Shown piece by piece: positions 27,023 through 39,100 of a DNA stretch of 64,000 nucleotides. The DNA is from Camelus ferus (lineage: Eukaryota): contig NC_045697.1 in NCBI RefSeq assembly GCF_009834535.1, positions 118,360,001-118,424,000 of the forward strand. The letters run 5' to 3'. The notes under the pieces were generated by a model. It ran no database searches and was not told the origin of the DNA. It was given only the letters and a program-made list of their open reading frames with translations. Both the position numbers and the translations under genes were made by a program. Each line of letters starts with the position of its first letter. Within the stretch, counting starts at the first letter, position 1.

Positions 27023-28660
27023 TACTTTTTACATGATGCGTATTCCTGTATTTGATTTCTTGAGAACCTCACTCAAACGATGGCAGAGTGTGCCTCATGT
27101 AATCCTACTCAGGTGACACTAAATGTCTGAGACAAGGTCCCAACATTATCTGTGTTAATTAAAGACACACATATCTTCTATTCAAAACTAATCCCAAAGT
27201 CACACACATGCAATCCCTCCCATTTCAAAGTGTAAAAATGCTATACAGATTTAACAAATTCATTCAAATAATGCAGTTTCTGATTTAGACAGCACTAAAC
27301 TTTTGAAGTTTTACTTGATTATTTAGTCTTGAACCGTGTTTGCAAGTGAGCCTCTGATGCGGGAGTCAAGCTGATGAACTACATTTTCAGATTGCTCTTC
27401 TCACTGAACCAGAGTCCATCATTTCAAAGAACATCCCATGATGGTCTAGCACATACAGAGCACTGAACACTCCATAAAACACAAAAATCAACAAAATAGA
27501 TTTCTGCCTTCCTGGAGATTTGTCTGTAGTTTGCAGATATTTACTGCCAGGGATACAGAGAAAGAGCAAAACTAATTGAAAAGACAGCATATTTTTGGAG
27601 AGTTTAATGTTTCGTGAAGAATAAGCTGAGAAGTGGGGTTGAAGATGACCCCCAGTACGTGTGCTGCCTGGATCACGGAGGTCAGGGAGGACACCTGGGC
27701 TGAAGTCTAAAGGGAGAAAGGGACACTGTGGATCTCCAGCAATGTGGGGGTTGAGGAGGAGAGACCTCTAGGCTCAGAGGAGAAGACAGGATCCCAGTGT
27801 GTGGACAGACGTGTGGGTCCGCGAGACCCAGGAACAGAAGGAAAAGATGCTGATGCCCAGTGAGCAAGGGGGAGCATGGTGCCCGGGGGGGCTCCTCATG
27901 GGGGGCAGGTCACCAGGGGAGCTTTGACACAGATGGTGGTGGTTTGCTGGGGGGTTGATTGCCAGGGGGTGCTGGATACAGGCCAACAGAGAAGCTGTTT
28001 GCTTGTGAGGGAGCAGCGAGGACTGGGTCTTTGGGGATCTTATTTCTAGTAATCACCCTCTCATTTACTAACCACACCAACTTGCCGCATGAACCGCTCT
28101 TAAGGGTCGCATTTGTCTTACCTGTAACATGTCAGAGTCTATGCTGTCAAGGTCCCATTATAGACTTTAAGACATTAAATTAAAAATCTAATGATCTAAC
28201 ATTGACTGACAACTGACACTGTTATCTTAAGCCTCTTTATTCTGAGTGAATCATTCTTGGCACCTGTTCCGTCCTTCAGCCCAGACCTATAATATGCACA
28301 GCTTGTGGCTGGACAAAGAAGTATCCTAGCAACCAAAATATAAGTACTGCCTTTGTGCTGTGAGACACCCACATGTAGACGGAAAGAAAAGTGCCAGCTC
28401 TCCGACAGAATCAAAAATCCCTTCAAAAGGTAAGTAATTGAATTTACATATTCATTCATCAACACATTCTTGTTAAATCCCCACTAAATGCCAAAAATCT
28501 GTGACACTTACTGAGGACTCAAGGTTAGTGCCGGCGTAAGGTAGGGATTTCATGTTTAATAGGTAATTTATTAAGTTAGTGAATAATCCTAACGAGCAAA
28601 TTGTTGTACAAATGACATTCTGGTTTCATCTGAAAATATATCGAAGAGAACCAAAGTGTC

Positions 28661-29160
28661 TGTACCGTTCAAGGTTCTCCGGAGAAACAGAACCAATATG
28701 ACATACTCATGGATTGATTGATTACAAGGAACTGACTCACACAAAAATCCCAAGATCTGCAGGGTAAGTCCACTGAAATCCAAAGACCTGAGACCCAGGA
28801 GAGCTGCTGGTGACGTTCTGTTCTGAAGGCTGTCTGGCTTCAGGTCCAGGGAGGGCCAGGGTTTCAGGCTGAGCGTGAGTTGAAAGAAAGCCATCATCCC
28901 AGGTTGAAGAAGATCGGGCAGGAGGAATTCTTCTCTACTTGGGAGGATGAGATATTTTGTTCTGATCTTGTTGTTCAGCCTTCAACTGATTGCATGGGGC
29001 CCACCCACATCACGGAGGACAATCTGCTTTCCCCAGCCTACTGATGTAAATGTTAATGTCACCCAAAAACACCCTCATGGGAACACCCAGAACCATGTTT
29101 CACCAGGCGTCCGGGACCCCTGTGGACCAGGCAAGCTGATGCATAAAATTAAGCATCACA
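28661..29160. mobile_element. MLT2-like (ERVL) solo LTR
   Basis: TG...CA ends with gttctccggagaaacagaaccaata and cataaaattaagcatcaca termini. Flanks GTGTC/GTGTG fit a 5-bp TSD with one mismatch. Confidence 0.8.
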
Positions 29161-32100
29161 GTGTGCAAAGTTCAAGGCTGACGGGTTAATGCCATGGCAT
29201 GGTAGTGAGGAGGAGAGAAGGAATTGCAAAGAGGTACAGATATGAGGGAGGACAGGGACGTGGGGACAGCAGGACATGTGCTTACTCACCAGGCTGGGGA
29301 AGGGGGTAAGTGTGATGAAGACTGTGGGTGCCAAGTTAAAGCAACTCTCCCCCTACAGGCGTCCCCACGATGATAAGGCCACAGGGATGGATTTTTTGCA
29401 TGTTTCTGGCTGTTTGTGTGTGTTTGTGTACCTCTGTGGCTGAAAGTGGGATGTGGAGAAAAAGTGGGTTAAAAAAAGGGGGAAATTTCCTAGGCAAAAC
29501 AGAAGAGTACCCTTCCTTGGCTAGCTCCTGCTTCGTGGAGTCGATGATGCAGTTCCAAGGCAACGCACAGGCACAAGGCTGTGAGCAAAATATTAATGAC
29601 AACCTTGAGAAGTCACATGGTTCGGTCTCCTGCCTCCAAGCACACACGTCTTCTGGAAATGAGACTCTTCCTTTTTATTTTTCTGTTTCTCCAGGAAGGA
29701 CCATTCCTGAGGCTAATTCATTAACAGAAATATTCAGTTTCCTCTACGATGCTGCCACACACACGATTAGTGCATAATACAAAGTCTCGGAGCACTTAGG
29801 TGCTCTGGTGATGCAGTAACCGTTCTGCTGTTGGTGCTGTGGGGTGTTTCTCTGCCACCATCCACAGACATCATTGTGTAACGGGGGACTTGCTAACTGG
29901 CCTCTTCAAACCCAGTTCCCCTAACTGTAAGATGGAAGTCTGGATTAGAGAATCATTATGGAGCCTTCTAGTCTTCTTTAATTTTGTACCTGTGATTTCC
30001 ATAGCTTTAATACTGCTTTCACCCCCCACCACTCCATCCCTGTCTTAAAAGGTGCCATGCTGCCCTCATGTGGTCAGACTCGAACCGTCACACATTTACT
30101 AAAACCAGTAAGTAAGTTTTTGTTTTAATGAACAGCAAGTGAAATCCTACACTTGAAGTTAAAATTCATAAATAAAAACAAAATCAGTTTGGATCACCTA
30201 TCCAGTGAAAGTGTCAAGGTCTTATCCATTCACCGTGATGCAAAATTCTCATGTAGGAATAATGACACAAATACTAATGTGAGTTCACGTTAACCAGCAC
30301 TAGCTAAGTGCCAGGCAGGATGGTACTTCACGTACCGCATCTCATGTAACTTTTCAAAGATGGGTTGCTTTGATACAGTATTTTTCAGATATAGACCCTA
30401 AAACACCCTCGGGGGAAATGCCAGGGAGTCACAGTAAATAAATGGGAATTGGTCTGTCTGCTAGCTCAAACCGTTTCACCATTTCATCATTCACTCTTTA
30501 TCCAATCATTTTATCTTTACAAACGCTAATTTTCTAACCTTCTGTTATTTCAAGGGACATTGACAAGGAAATGGACAAAGAATTCTTGAAAATATGATGA
30601 GATAATATGGATGGAAACTAGAAATGCATTGCCTACTATGAAAATAAGAACTCAAAAATGTTAACTTATTTTTTAATTACGTAGCCTATTGCTAGTGGTA
30701 CAATACCGCTGTAATAGCTAACATTCAGTACTAACCAACTGTGATGTGAATCAATAGAGACTGAACATCTTACACCCACCATTGAATACTGATTTTCTCA
30801 ACAATTCAAACCTTATCCTTGGCAAGTGCAAAATGATCTGTTAAGAATTCTGTGCAGACGGGTTGGTGTTTTTTTTTTTTCAGGTTTATAGCTCTATTTT
30901 ATGACTGCGTAAGGCAGATCATCAGTGGGTGTGTTTCAAGTTGCAAAAAAGAAAAAAGCACAGTTTAAAAGTGGGAGGGCATGTCCACTCAGAGCAGCAG
31001 CACAGGATCTTAGAAGAATGACAGAAGCAATCAACATGTTAAGCTCTGCTCTCCAGGGGCTGGCTATGTAAATTTTAGGAGCTCTCCATCTCATTAGGAA
31101 ATGTCTCTTCTGCAAACTAAAGAGATTAGACTCTAGATATGTATGTGCTGTACATCCCATGAACCTAGTGATCCTAAAACGTCTTGGGTTCAAATCATCT
31201 TCATCTTCAGCCTGCTTTGTTTAATAATATAGTCACTCCTTGACTGTGTGGGTTGAGTTTCAGAAAGCCCCACGGTAGGAGGATATGTGTTTAATTAAGC
31301 TTCATTTAACTTCTTCAGTTATTTCTCAACCACCTGCCTAAGGCTTGAGGTTAACAGTGTTATCTTGGTCCAGAATAACTCAATGACAGATCAGGTGCCG
31401 TTAGATCCTTTTAATGCATTGCACAGACAGAGCAAGCTAGTGATTGAACTTCATATAACATTCCCTCTTCCCACAGTCCACGCAGAAATCACGTTACCTC
31501 GATTTTCTATTTCAAATTCCAACAACTCTATTTCCATAAACATCTGTAAGTGAAGAAATAGAAACTTAAACAAAAATTCTCCAAATATGCTGGGTCAGGG
31601 GGAATATCTAAGCTGAAGTTACAGCTGTATTTACAAAACCTAAACAAGTTAGTCATTAGGAAATTACCTTATTCCCCTGATGATGATGACAGTAGCTCTT
31701 AAATTATATGACTGTGAGTCCACTGTTGAGATCAGTAAGGAAAGTCATTAAGATGCAAAACAGACAGTGGAGAGCTACTGTCTTCAAACACGAAGTGATT
31801 TTTGCCTAAGGATTTAACATAAAGACAGTACAGTCTACAAATGTTGGTTCTGAATCTTGTCCCAAAGGGAGATATTACAGCCAAGCAATTACAGCCACTA
31901 AGATGAGTCAACTTCTGTGCTCAAGCATGTTTTATCCATTATCTCTAATCCTCATAATGACACCAGAACTAGAAATTATTTCTAATTTATACACAATATA
32001 ATCGAGAAAGATACATAGTTTCTTAAGGTCACACAGACAATAAGCAAACAAGTGTCAGAACCCATGTTTATCCAAATCCAAGGCTGTATGTTATTCACTA

Positions 32101-32194
32101 TGTATGTCACACCCACTGTGGCATTATTTAGGGTCTTAGCCCAAGGATGACCTAAAAGACTGCAGTGCACAAATATGGTATAAAAATAGTGATC

Positions 32195-33500
32195 ATCAGG
32201 AATAAGGTAAAGATATTCCTTCTCAGCACTGCTCTTCAACGTTGTACATGAAGTCCTAGCTAAAGCAATAAGACAAGAAAAGGGAATGAAAGTTATGCAG
32301 ATTGGGAGAGAAGACATAAACTGTCTTTGTTCACATATGACAGATTCATCAATGCAGAAAATCAGAAAGAATCAACCAAAAAACTCCTGGAACTAGGGAG
32401 TGATCATATTGAGGTTGCAAGATATAAGGTTAATATAATAAAGTCAGTCTCTTTTCCAGATACCAATCATGACCAAGTGGAATTTAAAAACATAATGTCA
32501 TTGACATCAGCAACCCCCAAAACAGAAATACTTAGCAATCGAAGTCCAAGAAAGTTCGTACAGGATCTGTATAAGGAAAACCACAAAACTCTGATGAAAG
32601 ATAACAAAGAAGAACTAAATAAATGTGAAAATATTCCATGTTGATGGACAGGAAGACTCAGTATGGTCAAGATGTCAGTTCTTCCCAACTTGATCTGTGA
32701 ATTCAACAGAATCCCAATCAAAAGCCCAGCAAGTTAATTTGTGGATACTGACAACCTGATTCTAGAGTTTAGACAGAGAGGCAGAAGACTCAGAAGAGCC
32801 CTCATGACATTGAAGGAGAGAAAAAAAGCCCCAGACCCACCCGGCCTGACTTTAAGACTTAGTGTGCAGTTGCAATAATCAGGACAGTGAGGTATCAGTG
32901 AAGGAACAGACAAATAGCTTAACGGAACAGAATAGAAACCCCAGAAACAGACCCACATATATATAATCAACTGATCTCTGACAAATAAGTAAAGGCGATA
33001 CAATGGAGCAAAGATAATCTCTGCAGCCAATGATGTTGGAACAGCTGGACATCCATGTATAACATAATGAATCTCGACACAGACCTTACACCCTTCACAA
33101 GGTGGGTATAGACCTGAATGTAAAAAGTAAAACTGTAAAACTCCTAAATATTGCATAGGAGAAGACCTACACGACCCCAGTGTGGTTGTGACGTTTTAAA
33201 ACACAATACCAAAATGCACGAACTATGAAAGAAAGAAATCGTAAGCTGGACTTCGTTAAAATGTAAAAGACCCTGGCAAGAGAATGAGAAGACAAGACAC
33301 GGACCGGAAGAAAGTATTTGAAAAAGACACATCTGATAAAGAACTGCTATTCAAAATATACAAAGAGCTCTTAAAACTCAGCAATAAGAATATAAACAAC
33401 CCCCATAGAAAATGGAGCAAAGACTTTAACAGACACCTCACCAAAGAAGATAAATAGATGGCAAAGAACATATAAAAATATTCGATATCATATGTCATTA
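32195..33500 (+). mobile_element. Degenerate L1 ORF2 (reverse transcriptase / C-terminal region) fragment
   Basis: Translated pieces (KESTKKLLEL, VARYKVNIIKS, VQDLYKENHKTLMK..KEELNK..NIPC) match L1 ORF2p, with stops and frameshifts. Confidence 0.92.
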
Positions 33501-35479
33501 ATACATTATTAATTTGTAAAACAAAATAGTGATCAATTAAAAATCATTTAAACCAAGCAATCCTTCAAAGCAATGAAATGAAATCATTCTGCAACCACCT
33601 GCCTCCGGAGTTTGGCTGCAAGTAGTTCTCATTTTCATAGGGTTCCTGAGTTACAGAGTTCCCTGTAATTGTTGCGTGTAAAGTTAGATTCATAACCAGG
33701 ATGAGTCACCCTCATTTATGCAAATTCCACTTGAAGATGGGTCTTTTTATATGCCTGCCTCTTCCTGCAAGTCTTCTTTTTTTCTTACATCTCATCTTTG
33801 AGATAATGTGATTTTTTGCACAGGCAGTAGAAGTCAAAAGGCATGTAATTGTTTCAGGCTCCATCTGAATTAAGGGAATGGAGTGGTATTAAAACAGAAT
33901 TTACATTAGAATTAGTGACATTCTGAGAATAAAGGACACTGGAATTATTTTCTTAGATCCTGAAAAGGGCACATCTCTGCTATTTAAAATGATTACACGA
34001 GAGAGAAAGGGAGTTTTAGGCTCCTGCAAAATATTATTGCCATGTGAAATGTGTTGTTTTTGCCTACAAATCCCAGATTTCTGAAATACTTGACTGGAAT
34101 AATCTAAGTCTATGAGAAGAGAACTACTATTTTGCTATAAGTGGTTAGTAGTGGTTCTAAGATAAACCCACTAGCTGTCTCCATCCACAGTGTGTGCATT
34201 CCTCTGTTTACATTTATTCAAATGTCAGCAGAACAAAAATGGATCGAGGTTTCTACAGAAACCAGTCTGGTTTCAGGTGTTTCCGGGGGCATCTTGTCCC
34301 AGTGCCTGTTGGAGAAAGGAGGTGTAACGCAGGGCTTTTCACCGGTGACATTTTCCCTCCTGGTTGGAAGCTGGCTGGTGGAGGCACCACCTAGTTCTTT
34401 GTTTTGCGCATGTCTGGCGGCCCCTGATGCACCGCCCTCCAGCTGGGAAACTGGAATGAGCTACTTCTAAAGCCTCACAAATCCTGCCATCAGCAGTGGC
34501 TGTTCAGACAGCATTTCTCTGCTTCAGCCTTAAAGGAAATTGGCAAGTCTTGTACCCAGAAATGTATGTAACATATTTTCTCATTCAGGATTTATGTAGT
34601 TCTGATGAAATGTGGCCAATATAAGAAGTCAAGATGACTTCAACAACAACATGAATCCAGTTAGCAACAACATTCACAAAGGAGATGAGAGGTGGATTTT
34701 GTGGCAGTAATAAAAATATCCCTGTAATATCCAAAACCAAAGATAATCAAATATTCCAGTCCAGACACTAGCTGATTAATTGCCTGGAGGAATAGGATTC
34801 TCTCCCATAATATAGAGAGAAACATATTAAAAGGGAAAAAAAAGCTCTTCAATTCGGAGGTAGCACAATGACTCAACTGCGTTACTGAGTGTCACACTTT
34901 CCTGTAAATCGTATCAGAACATAGAAAGCTCACAGTGGACTACAAAGGATATTGTTGATAAAGAAAAACCAACACAAAATAAAAATAATGAGAAGAAACA
35001 ACCGCAGGTGTTCCTTGGAGTGACTGAGCCCAGTCTGGGCTCTGAAGTCTGACTACATAGGCTCTCAAGTGCGTTCCTTAATCACCGCAAGTCAGTTTCT
35101 TCAACTGCAGAGTAAGGATGATGATTCTGCCTCGAGAGGTGTTGTAAGGATCAGAGGTGAGGGACAAGTGTGAAATCCTGCAGTCATGAGGTTATGTCAG
35201 GATAGAAAATTCTTCGTATTGTAAAAAGCAATCATTAAAGAACTAACCTCTTATAAAATTAATAGCCATACAAATACTTCCCCAGTTTAACACTAGCATC
35301 TTTCTCAGCGCACGTTCCAGGTTATTTGACTATCTTTAGCTGGTTGTTTAAAGTTTACATCTCATGCAATCCTAGTGCTCACTGATAATGAATTAATAAT
35401 GCCTATTTCAGAAACTGCAGAATTTCATAAAGCATATAAAAGTGAGGATGCAGACCTGGAGAGGCCGCAAGCCCAGACT

Positions 35480-35695
35480 GGAGCCAGACTCCATCTCAGT
35501 CCAAACCCGAGACCACCATTGTCAGATGCACGGCCTTGAGCGCGCACCTTACCTTTTCTGTGTCTCAGTTTCCTCATGTGTACGATGGAAACAACGATAA
35601 TACTATCCACTGAAGGATTTGTTAACGAGGATGGAATAAAGGTAATACTTGTAAGGTGCTTAGAACAATGCTGAGAAAATCAGCAATACGAGTGT
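35480..35695 (+). mobile_element. MIR directly upstream of the CTSO promoter
   Basis: MIR core ctgtgtctcagtttcctcatgtgtacgatggaaa...gtaaggtgcttagaacaatgctg. Confidence 0.75.
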
Positions 35696-35753
35696 TTATC
35701 CGGCCCAGCCCCTGGACGCACGGACCCCCGACCCAGAACCGGACTCCACCCCA

Positions 35754-35871
35754 CCCCCGGCCCCGCCACCCTGGGCCCGCCCCCGGCCCCGCCACCCTGG
35801 GCCCGCCCCCGGCCCCGCCACCCTGGGCCCGCCCCCGGCCCCGCCACCCTGGGCCCGCCCCCGGCCCCGCC
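35754..35871. repeat. Minisatellite of 4 perfect copies plus a partial copy of the 26-bp unit CCCCCGGCCCCGCCACCCTGGGCCCG
   Basis: GCCACCCTGGG recurs at 35765, 35791, 35817 and 35843 (period 26). Confidence 0.95.
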
Positions 35872-35981
35872 CCGGCCCCGCCCCCGCCCCGAGCCCCCAC
35901 AACCTCCCAGTCCCCGGCCCCTCGCCCCGCCCCGCCGCGGGGAGGAGCCCGGGAACCGAAAGAGGAAATGGCTGAGGCGGG

Positions 35982-36101
35982 ATGGAGCTGAGGTACCTCT
36001 GGTTGCTCTGCTGCTGCTGCTGCTGCTGCTGCTGCGGCCCCGGCGCCCAGACCGCGACCCCGACCCCGCCGCGGGGCCGCCACCCTCCGGCCGCCTTCCG
36101 G
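35982..36101 (+). CDS. CTSO: CTSO exon 1 coding part (signal peptide and start of propeptide)
   Basis: gggATGG start inside the CpG island. Encodes [23 protein letters not shown]...AAFR, followed by donor gtaccg (phase 0). AAFR joins in frame to ESLNRHR of exon 2. Confidence 0.9.
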
Positions 36102-39100
36102 GTACCGCGCAGCCCTGTTCGGGGTCTGGGCTGGGGGGTGGAGGGAGCAAGGGTCGTCTGCCCGTCCCGTCTGGGCGGGGCGGGGCGGAAGGTCCCCGAG
36201 CGCAGTCTGAGGACGCACCCGGGTTTCTGGACTGGGCGGACGCGCGAACTTCCCCCTCCGCCCCGGGTGCCAGGGGTCGCTCCGCCCCAGGCCTGTGCCG
36301 GCCCGCAGATCGGTCCTCAGGAGAGACGTGTGGCTGTGGGTTTGTGTGATGCGCCCCAGGCGAGCACTGGATGCGTCCCGGGTGTTCCTGATGGGAGGAC
36401 ACACCGCTAGGCGTCCTCCCCGCCCTCCTGAACTGTCCACCTTGAGGTTACGGGAACCAGAAACGGGCGGAGGGCACCTGGCGTCCTTCTCCCGGAAGGG
36501 GGCGCTGGTAACCTTCTGTAATCCGAATTTTATCAACGAAGCGTGCATTTAGCAAACTCGGAGAATCCTACCCATTGGTGATTTTCCTGAACGCGGGCTC
36601 CGGGAATTAGTGCACCACCTTCGAAGCTCACCTGACTCGGTGGAGACTGATTTACAGAAGGCAGAGGAGTTTTATCTCCTTCTCAGATCATTTTTAAAAG
36701 GCTTCATTCATCATTTCAGATTCCACCAAGTTTTAAGACCCAGGAACAGACCAGTTAGCTAGGTATAAATATAAGGCTTTTCCTGAAACCAAGGAAACTG
36801 CAAAAGATCGTGATTTAGAGTCCTGTGTTCTGTGTCTCTGGTACTATTTAATAATTTTTTAACTCATGAGATGTCGTGATTGTGGTTTCATTCGTTATCA
36901 AGGAAAATCCATTCATGCCTAATCCAGAACGCTGCAACTTATCAGAATTGTAGTTATTACTTTTCCTGGTATGTTCATGAGCTTTCTCATGGGACCCTCG
37001 AGCTCCCTGCTCTGCCCTGCAGCTCCAGTGGTTAGAAGGGGCCAGCCTTCCCTGATCCCGTCTCCTCTTCTTTAAACCAAGCCGTGTATTTTCATCTCCA
37101 TTTTATTGGTCTTGTGTTCCAGTAGCTTTCAAAACCAGAAGCACTGGTACAATTGCTGGAGAACAGTTTCTATCCTGGACTCTACTCCTGCCTTGAGGCT
37201 GGTTGCAGATGGTGGTGAAGCAAAGCCCTCAGGGGGAGAATGCTCTCACCTGCACTGGTGGTGTGTTCATTGACTGCAGAAATGAAAGCACGCCATGCGC
37301 CTCACAAAAATAATGTTTGAGGATTGGAGGCCAGTGTAATGAATGTATATTTTAAATGTATATAATTTATACTATTTATAAATGTATATGTAGGTACTTA
37401 TATGCGGTAATTACTCATACTGGGCCTGTGAGGAGGCCAGTCCCAGGAGATGAGTGTCTAGAAAGACAAGTCTTCTCAGGAGAAATTCAGGGTATATGTG
37501 GGGGGATGGAAGGTTTTAAGTGGAGGAGGACAGAGGGTCAGGGGTTCTCCGTACATTGAAAAACCTCAAGTTGAAAAAGTCTGAAAAGGTGTTCAAAGCA
37601 TTTGCTTTTAGTGGGAGTTTGCTTCACCAGACGGAGGCCCCAGGAAAGGAGAGTTTTTAGGGTTCTTGTCTGCAGTCACTGGAAACTTGAGTTTGAACCT
37701 CGATGGCTGTTTGGACCTAGGTGGGAAAGCTGGTCATGGGTCAAGGCAGAAAGAGTGTTGCTTGCTGGGTACCCACGAGCATCTTCCTGGCAGGATGCAC
37801 TAAAGCGCGCTGAGCCTGAAACTCAGTGTAACTCTACACGTTAAGGTCTCTTTAACTCATAATGTCAGATTATGAATCGGTTAGGCTGAGACTGTTTACC
37901 TATCAGGGGAAAACGATGAACAGAATCTAGAAAATTTGCTCCACAGTCAAGTTAACATGGAAAAAAAAGAAGTTTAAAACTTAAAGCAGAGTTATAAAGT
38001 GATCTGTGTGGAGCGGAGGAGAATCGACCAGCAACAGGGAGAGAGTAGACACATACTGAGGGCCTGGCACTGTCGCCCTCGGATGTCGGTGACCTATTTC
38101 GGGATGGCTGAGAGCTCCCGTCAGCTGTGCAGGTGGGGTGGTGAGCAGCGGCTGTCTGAAGCAAGGTGTGGAAAACAGTATTCCGGGAATTGCACTGCGG
38201 ACACAGTTGGAGCAAGTGTATGATTGATCAGCCTGTTTCTCCTGGCCCTGGGTTCAGAGATTGGTGGCAGGTTTTTGTCCTCCGCGGCTTCTTTATTTTC
38301 CTAAGTTCCCCAGGAAGAGCCCTTACGTTGGAAGTTGCGCGGCATCTGTTACATTTGCCCACAAACCACCATCGCATTGTTGTGGGGTGAAGCCCAGGCT
38401 CCTCCTGGATGATTGTAGGCTGCCTCACAGGATACCCGATGTGGCAGGAGGGACAGCGGCCCCTCCCTCTGCTCTTTACTCCTTGGAAGTGACCAGAGCT
38501 GTTGGATCATGCCTGTTTGCCTTTGTGGTACAACCTGTGCACAGATGCTCAGAGATGCTCATGGCTGGACCACAGGGCAGGTGGTCCTCTTATCCCTTTG
38601 GAGACCACAGACCCAACAATGGGCCATAAAAGGTGGAGTGTCTACGTGCTAATACACGTGTGACTCCTGCATAATGTTTCAGGAGTTTCACCTTATAAAT
38701 TCTCGCCGTGATGTTACATGCTACATTTTTTTCAAAAAGAAAAACTTCTAGGCACGTTTCTTTAGGTCTCAATAGAAGATGATAGCATTTTACAGTGAAT
38801 GAGCATAACTAATGGGCCACAGGTGCTTGCTAGACACAGCGCCTTACAGTCGTGGTGGTTTCCTCCAGAAAGACTTTATCCAAGGATGCCTGAAAGCACC
38901 ATTTCTATCTACCAGAAAGATTAAGAGGTGAATGTGACGTAAGGTACTGTTGTTCGAGTGGTGATTTCTCCTGGCTCTAGCTTCACGCGCGCACTCCCAA
39001 AATGAAAATGCATCATAGCCTTGAGGTCTCGGGCCAGAATTTATCATTCATTTGTTCACCTGTCCACCGTTTATCCATTACTTTGACATTTACTCTGTAT

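Larger units (their letters stand above)
35700..36610. promoter_or_regulatory. CpG island / TATA-less promoter of CTSO
   Basis: Very high GC and CpG density with many GGGCGG boxes. Spans exon 1. Confidence 0.9.

Noticed and set aside
32327..32644. 105-aa ORF resembling reverse transcriptase
   Set aside because: Part of a decayed L1 ORF2 with flanking stops and frameshifts. Nothing suggests domestication.
1..35400. Search for an unannotated gene, retrogene, NUMT or viral coding insert in the upstream region
   Set aside because: The listed ORFs are short, repeat-derived or low-complexity, and I found no consistent exon chain or known protein motif. A lncRNA cannot be excluded without transcript data.
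35754..35871. Regular 26-bp repeats as a CRISPR-like array
   Set aside because: The units are head-to-tail with no spacers, and the context is mammalian.
35622..36548. Long antisense ORFs (308 aa and 240 aa) over the CTSO promoter
   Set aside because: Low-complexity Gly/Arg/Ala products caused by stop-codon scarcity in a CpG island with a tandem repeat. No recognisable domain.
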